In this document: one piece after another, positions 6,599 to 12,214 of the stretch | Numbering within the stretch: the first letter of the stretch is position 1 | Layout: the number at the start of each line of letters is the position of its first letter | IMG/VR virus record: IMGVR_UViG_3300028888_000110 | Strand: one strand, 5' to 3' | Length of the DNA stretch: 12,214 nt | DNA from: a virus | Taxonomy: Duplodnaviria; Heunggongvirae; Uroviricota; Caudoviricetes | The notes under the pieces: generated by a model | What the model was told of the DNA's origin: nothing | The model's database searches: none | Seen by the model: only the letters and a program-made list of their open reading frames with translations | Translations under genes and position numbers: made by a program

Positions 6599-7155
6599 TG
6601 CACACAGAAGAAGAACAAGTAAAACCTCTTTTTGGTGTGGAAAGTCTTTGAGCATTGAATGAATGAGAGTATGCTTATGTAGGAAAATGTTGATGAGATT
6701 TCTTTTTCATCAAAAAAAGATGAGATGAATATCTTTTTAAGGAAATTCAAACCTTAAATGATAGTGATATGTCAGATAGAATGCGAGAAGATTTTGATGA
6801 CCACGAGGCTTGGGTTGATGCAGTTAGAAATGGGGACACAGATGAAAGTTATGATAGTTGGAGAGATAATATTGATATTCGAGATGAATGTTCTCCTTGA
6901 GATTATCATGACTGTCCTATTGAGATAGTAAGAATTCTCTATGACTTAGGTTTTTGGGAAGATGAAGATAGTGATGAGTATGATTGATATTACTTAGATG
7001 ATTATTATACTTACACTATAACTAGACAGAACATAGAACAGCTCTATAATAAGATAGACACGAATGAAGATTTTAACCAAAAGCTATGGGACGATATAGA
7101 GAAAAAGTTTTGATATAATCAAGTAGAATTTTTAGCTGCTGAACCTATAAGATAA
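6598..7155 (+). CDS. Very acidic hypothetical protein inside the Ubl operon (185 aa)
   Basis: TAATG-coupled to E2 and ends 2 nt before E1. My count is 49 D+E against about 16 K+R. Confidence 0.8.
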
Positions 7156-7157
7156 TC

Positions 7158-7814
7158 ATGCCAGAAAGAAATTTTGATAGGGGGTTAGATATGTTTAACC
7201 CTAATCTTTTTAGAGATAAAAAGATTTGAATCATAGGTGCTGGTGGAATTGGGAGCAATTCAGCCTATGTGTTGAGTAAAATGGGGCTAAAGGTAAAGGT
7301 ATGCGACTTCGATGAGGTTGATGATGTGAATACAAGTAGCCAATTTTATTCAATGGACCAGCTTTGAAAACCTAAAGTAGAAATGTTAAAACAAAATATA
7401 AAACAAATGTGTGATGAAGATATTGAGATTGTTAATAGCAAGTATGAGCCTTGAATGTTTGATGACTGCGACATTTTAATCTTAGCTTTAGATAGCTTGG
7501 CAGTTAGAAAACAAGTGGTGGAAACTTGTAAAGATACTCAATTTATTCTTGACACAAGAATGGTTAAAAAGATAGCACAGATAAATCTATTGTATTGAAT
7601 GCAAAGGAAGACACGAATGGAAAAAGAATGGAGAGAAGATGCTGATGCAAATAATGCAGGTACTAGGTGTACAGAAAAAGCTGTGGCATTCAATGCGCTA
7701 GGTATGGCTGCATTGGTTGGTAGTATTGTAGCTGATAAGTTGAATGGTAAAGAATTGAAATATCAATACACCTTAGATTTAGAGAGCTATAATTTATATG
7801 TTTTTAATTCATAG
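7158..7814 (+). CDS. E1-like ThiF/MoeB-family adenylyltransferase (218 aa)
   Basis: KI[TGA]IIGAGGIGS, VCDFDEVDDVNTSSQ, DQL[TGA]KPKVE, ILALDS, LDTRM, and candidate catalytic Cys171 in GTRCTEK. No CxxC Zn motifs. Includes track ORF 7599..7814. Confidence 0.92.
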
Positions 7815-7815
7815 T

Positions 7816-9075
7816 ATGAGAGAGTGAACAGCAAAATTAGAGCCTATTACTCAAGCAGATATAAAACCTATTGACTACAAGGAAATCAATGAGAAAATCT
7901 GATTGAATAATATTGATGTTCATCAAGCTCCTGTCTTGACAATCTCTAGCTGGTGCCATAATCATATCAGAGTTTTACATAAAAAGTATCCAAACACAGA
8001 GTGGACAGCTATATGTAAGATTGTAAATAAATGAGAATGACAATTTGAAATGGTTGATATGATTCACCCAGAACAAAAGACAACAAGCTGAGAGGTTGAA
8101 ACGACAGATGATTGAATGAAATGGGCTATTGACCACTTGTTAGAACGTGGTGAAGACTTATGAGAATGGAACTGTGTCCTACATTCTCATCATTCAATGG
8201 GTTGCTTTTGGTCGCAGACAGATGACAATGCAAGGTTGTCTATGAACGACTGAAGAATGCTTATGTGGGCTGTGGTGACAGCTTATAAGTGAGAAGAAAT
8301 AGATTATAAAGGTTGCCTTAACTTTTATAAACCATACCCTATTGAAATCGATTGTGATATAGAATACTACACAGAAGATTTATATTGACAAAGGGAAGAA
8401 TGGGGAGAATTTGTGAAGAATAGAACACAAGAAATCTATAATGAAATGGTATCAACAGATGAGAAATTGAAGAGTTTAAAATGTGAATATGATTATGATA
8501 ACTTGCTAAAATATCTAGGAATAGATATAACAGATGAGCTAAGGGTTAATTCAGATGTAGTAGCACAGAAAATGCCCTGCCCTGAATATGAAGAAAGGCT
8601 GAAAGAAATTATGGAAGAGGCTAAGGAAAAAGTTCAGGAAGAGACAGGTGCTCCGATAGATAATGAACTCCTAGCTTGGAGTGAATGGAGTAATTCTTTA
8701 CTAGAGCAACTAGATGAAGCAAGAAAAATCCCAGCGAAAGAAACCACTCCTAAATATAACGACTATAGTTATAGTAAGTGGAATGATTATGATTTCTATG
8801 GGTATCCTAAGGTAGAAAATAAAACAACAGAAAGCAAAACAGAATACAAAACAAAAAGTAAATACGATGAAGAGTATGAAAACTATTATCAGTTCAATGC
8901 TATCGAATACCCAACTAAGAATAAGCTAGTTGAAACTTGGGGGTTCGATGAGAATATGAAATTTAGAGTGAATGATGATAATCTTTGGGAAGTATATAAT
9001 ACAACATTTCATCAATGGCTATATGTAGGAGATGAATATGAAGATATGTATGCATATCCAGATGATTATCTATAA
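7816..9075 (+). CDS. JAB/JAMM (MPN+) metallo-isopeptidase with a long C-terminal extension (419 aa)
   Basis: Glu62 (NTEWTA) and HSHHSMGCFWSQTD = H123-x-H125-x7-S133-x2-D136, a complete JAMM signature. Includes track ORF 8413..9075. Confidence 0.9.
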
Positions 9076-9106
9076 TTTAATTTGTTTTTATAATTTAATT
9101 TGTTTT
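9071..9106 (+). repeat. 18-bp perfect tandem duplication in the gene junction
   Basis: TATAATTTAATTTGTTTT at 9071-9088 and 9089-9106. Confidence 0.9.
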
Positions 9107-9110
9107 AACT

Positions 9111-9506
9111 ATGGAAGAACTAAAGATTAAAGCTTTGTCAGGTATTGTAGATATGCTACAATCAGGAATGGATAACGTCCCACCTTATGTGTGAGATTTG
9201 CTACATAGATATATTGTAGAAGAATGTATAACTAATGGAATTATAGTGTTGTCGTTTATAATTATTTATATAGTAGTTCGTTTGATGTTGAGCTATATGA
9301 AAAAAGAATACAAAAAAGATTATGACAAATGAGATATAAGAGAATATCAATATAGAGATAACATCGCTTGAATAAAATTGTTAAATTATATTGTATTGAC
9401 AATATGTATTATTATTGTTATAGTCTGTATTAGTCAATCAGTTAGTGTAATAATAACTCCTGAGATTGAAATGATATCAGATATTATGCCGTCCAGTTCT
9501 TGTTAA
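9111..9506 (+). CDS. Hypothetical membrane protein with two transmembrane segments (131 aa)
   Basis: Open with TGA=Gly. Hydrophobic runs GIIVLSFIIIYIVV and LLNYIVLTICIIIVIVCI. Confidence 0.78.
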
Positions 9507-9516
9507 TTATATTTAG

Positions 9517-9623
9517 GAGTGGGCTTAAATGGGGGTAGAAAAACTAAACGGATTTCCGTTGTTCCGTTTCATAGCTGCAATATAAACAACATTCTCTATC
9601 CCCACCTAAGCCTACTCTTTTTT
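9517..9623 (+). ncRNA. ~100-nt intergenic RNA hairpin with terminator-like T tail
   Basis: GAGTGGGCTTA (9517-9527) pairs with TAAGCCTACTC (9607-9617), and TGGGGGTAGA (9530-9539) with TCTATCCCCA (9595-9604). Two G-U pairs favour the + strand. T6 follows. Confidence 0.55.
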
Positions 9624-9644
9624 AGATTATTTATGTTTATAAAT

Positions 9645-9869
9645 ATGAGATTAGTAGAGCCTAAGAAAAAAACCATAGAGGTTAGAATAGTTGAGCTAAA
9701 AGATTGAAGCTCTCGATATGTTGTTCAACAGAAGAAGAAATTTTTATGGCGAGAATACCGAGATAATGTGTGAGTATATCATAGCCTTTATGATGCAAAG
9801 GAGAAGAAAGAATTTTTAGAAGAAACAAATTGAGAAGGTTATAAAGTTCTTAAAGATGATGACTTTTAG
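9645..9869 (+). CDS. Hypothetical protein (74 aa; alternative ATG at 9633)
   Basis: MRLVEPKKKTIEVRIVELKDGSSWYVVQQKKKFLWWEYWD...KDDDF* (TGA=G, CGA=W). Confidence 0.72.
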
Positions 9870-9886
9870 ATTGTTATTATATAAAA

Positions 9887-10087
9887 ATGCACCAATGAGA
9901 ATGTCCTTGTTGTCATAGTGGCAACTTAGAATATGGAACTATTGAGTTCTATGATGACCAATGTTATTTCCCACGAGAGTGTCCTGACTGTGGAGCTTCT
10001 TGAGAAGAATGGTATTCAATGGAGTTCGTTTGTCATGACAATGTTATGGAGTGAGATAAAAACAAAAAGAAAGATGATGATTTTTAG
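9887..10087 (+). CDS. Small zinc-ribbon protein (66 aa)
   Basis: CPCCHSGNLEY...YFP[CGA=W]ECPDCGASGEEWY has two CxxC-type knuckles. Different frame from track ORF 9933..10121. Confidence 0.78.
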
Positions 10088-10104
10088 ATTATTTATAAAT
10101 TCAA

Positions 10105-10725
10105 ATGCCAAACTACTGTAATTGACATGTAATCATTTATTGATTATCAAAAGAGAAAAAAGATAGGGTAGGTAGGCGAGCAAAAAATGGAGAACTTTGT
10201 AAGCAGATAATACCTTATCCTAAAGAGGTAAAGGAAGACTTGGAAATGGAACAGAAATGTCATAGCGAAGAAAATAAATTAAGAGAGAGATGACGGAATA
10301 AAGAAGAATATGAAAAGCTAAAAGAAAAATACCCATACAAACAGCTGTGGTATGATTGGGAATACAAAAATCGATGAACAAAATGGGGACTATGTGATTG
10401 TTCAGTTCATAACAATGAACATTCATTAGAATTAAATTTCTGGACAGCACGGAGTCCTGTCATACCTGTGTTTAAGGAGCTAAGTAGAAAATATAAATGT
10501 GTAGTTGAGTATGATTATGATGAGCCTTGAAATTGCTTTAGTGGTAGAATAAAATGGGAGAATTGAGTGGAGGTTTATGATGATAGATTTGATGATTGAT
10601 ACTATGGAGAGTGAGTAGAATGTGTCAAGTGCCACTGAATATATGACTGAACTAATGAAGAAGATTGGTCTGATATAGAAAATCATATCTGTTTTAATTG
10701 TTGAGAAGAAGAAAATGAGAGATAG
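10105..10725 (+). CDS. YubB/DUF1281 (Api92-like) ferredoxin-like domain protein with C-terminal CxxC pairs (206 aa)
   Basis: MPNYCN start, WYDWEYKN[CGA][TGA]TKW (family NWGTKW), FWTA[CGG]SP (family TAWSP), YDEP[TGA]NCFSG (family EPGxxFxG). C-terminal CVKC...CFNC. Confidence 0.78.
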
Positions 10726-10927
10726 TAATCCATTATGGTTAAAGATAGAAACAGACTATTGATTGCTGTTGTCTGCTTATGAAAGATGCTACAATATATT
10801 AAAGGCAGTTTGACATTTTTCTGAAGAAGAACTTGACTTAATCGTATCTAAGCCAAAAGTATTCTCTGAAGATAACTTTTATTATAAAGAGGAACTAGAG
10901 AAAGCTCATAAAGATTTACATAATTAG
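10715..10927 (+). CDS. Hypothetical protein (70 aa)
   Basis: ATG 10715 to TAG 10925-10927 with TGA=Gly, overlapping the upstream stop region. Confidence 0.62.
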
Positions 10928-10936
10928 TATCTAAAG

Positions 10937-11476
10937 ATGAAGAACATTAAAACTTTTTTCCAAATGATGATACAAATCTTAAGAGAGGAAAGCGATTGAG
11001 ATTTAATGTATTACTTGGAAAGTATCAACACACCAGAGCAAGCCCTTGAGGTAATTAAAACTCTTAGAAATAAGCTAGTCGATAAGGGGCAGCAGGAGTT
11101 AGATAAGGAAATGAAAAAATATAATTTCATTTCTAAGGAAAATTTAATAGGGACATTCGCTACAATAGTAGAGAAACAAAGGGGATACCCATTATGAATG
11201 TGAGAGTACTCTGACATAGAAGATTGGGCTAAGGCTTGGGCAGATGATAATGGATATGCTCGACTCTTTACAGAAGAAGAACCACACTCCTATGAAGATG
11301 AATTGTTTAGTTATCTCAACCACCTACAATTTGATACCTATGATGAGTTGTGTTCTACAATTCGTAATTGGTTTAGAGATGAAAAACATATGGAGATAAA
11401 AGATGATGAATGTATGGAGTTTGCCAGCGACTTTGTAGATAAAAAGGAGCTATATGATATTAGTTATGATGAATAA
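10937..11476 (+). CDS. Acidic hypothetical protein (179 aa)
   Basis: Extends track ORF 11006..11197 in both directions through TGA codons to TAA 11474-11476. Confidence 0.72.
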
Positions 11477-11504
11477 TTTTATATTATTTATTACAAATAT
11501 TAAA

Positions 11505-11909
11505 ATGAAAAGATTGTATGTAGTTTATGGTCCAGACGATAGACCATTTGCAGAGACAGAAAGATTAAGGTTTGCTTATGACCAGGCACTAGAATGTATC
11601 CATAATAACTGATGACCTATATCAATAGATATTTATTTGTGGGAATGAAGAAGATGATATAGGCGAGAATGTTCTTATGGAGATTTTTATTTTATTGACA
11701 AAAGGGGTGAGGCAATTCTCTCAGAAGATTTGTTAAATATGTGAGTGATTCGAAAGAATATTATTTCTTGCGAGACAGAAGAAGAATTAAAAAAGTTTGT
11801 AGATATAGCTCAATTATTTGAGCTTGAGTTTAATGACTATTCTAAAGATGTTTATAGTCGTTTTTATTCTTTAAATGCAAAAAGGAGATGAGAAAAATCA
11901 CAGAGTTAG
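11505..11909 (+). CDS. Hypothetical protein (134 aa)
   Basis: ATG 11505 to TAG 11907-11909 with TGA=Gly. AT-rich leader. Confidence 0.7.
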
Positions 11910-12214
11910 CGGCAGATAAGTTCTTCAATATGGAGAACTTTAGGAGAGATAATACTGCGGTCTATCATACGCCTGGAGAGGTGGAAATGGAATTGTTTGG
12001 GAATGTGATTGCTAGGTATCATATCCGTGAGTGAGTAATTGAATTGTTTGATTGATGACATCAAACCCCTACGACAAAAGAAAGGCTCAACTGAATCCTT
12101 TCTAAAATGGAACGATGATATATTTATCAGCTAGCTTATCATTGGTATTATAAAGATGAACGCTGAAAAGTTCGCCCATTTAATAAAGGTATTGCTAGAA
12201 GTATTTTAGTTTAT
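11888..12214 (+). CDS. Phage-type hypothetical protein, 3' end outside window
   Basis: MRKITELAADKFFN...DNTAV...LFGNVIA...DGGHQTPTTKERLNGIL...IYQ..HWY resembles from memory a small phage early-protein family (MRKIT...TTKERLNG). Function unknown. Confidence 0.72.

Noticed and set aside
5098-7814. Thiamine or molybdopterin sulfur-relay genes (thiS/thiF, moaD/moeB)
   Set aside because: No thiG, moaE or rhodanese is present, the E1 lacks CxxC zinc motifs, and E2-like and JAB genes are co-encoded.
4799-9075. Lambda-type tail assembly Ubl/JAB pair (gpI/gpK)
   Set aside because: No tail genes are nearby, the JAB shows no NlpC/P60 motif I can recognise, and E1 and E2 are present.
504-11217. All minus-strand ORFs in the track (504..788, 1511..1705, 3177..3383, 3865..4047, 4235..4495, 5661..5858, 5800..6099, 6547..6750, 10220..10450, 10480..10686, 11011..11217)
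   Set aside because: They lie antisense to well-supported + strand genes and have S/F/L/I-rich shadow composition with no motifs.
1-12214. Interpreting the many in-frame TGA as pseudogenisation or as Trp (table 4)
   Set aside because: Frames stay open for hundreds of codons, genes abut neatly at TAA/TAG, and TGA falls at conserved Gly positions (GKT, GKPK, EPG), not Trp positions.

Overview
An AT-rich, almost entirely + strand window from a phage or prophage that does not use the standard genetic code, which is why the supplied ORF track is fragmentary. TGA reads as Gly (Walker A SNS[TGA]KTT, ThiF motif DQL[TGA]KPK). CGA and CGG sit where Trp is expected in conserved motifs (N[CGA]GTKW, TA[CGG]SP). 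This combination is known from Absconditabacteria (SR1), so that is the inferred host lineage. Retranslated by hand, the window holds: (1) a replication module, with a DnaB-like SF4 helicase and an HTH replication initiator carrying five palindromic iterons and an AT-rich tract inside its own gene; (2) a ~1.7 kb largely non-coding control region with a terminator, a consensus sigma70 promoter, four copies of a palindromic promoter-like repeat, one small basic ORF and stacked hairpins; (3) a run of small early-type genes; and (4) the headline, a compact ubiquitin-like conjugation cassette. The cassette comprises a Ubl paralogue lacking the terminal Gly, a Ubl ending in TQG, an E2-like protein (HPHIMGDNSLC), a very acidic unknown protein, an E1/ThiF-like protein (GAGGIG...RCT) and a JAB/JAMM protease (E...HSHx7Sx2D). 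Several neighbouring unrelated genes share identical 5' or 3' ends, suggesting cassette shuffling. All translations and alignments were done by eye, with no database searches. No structural or integrase genes lie in the window, so phage versus prophage cannot be resolved.
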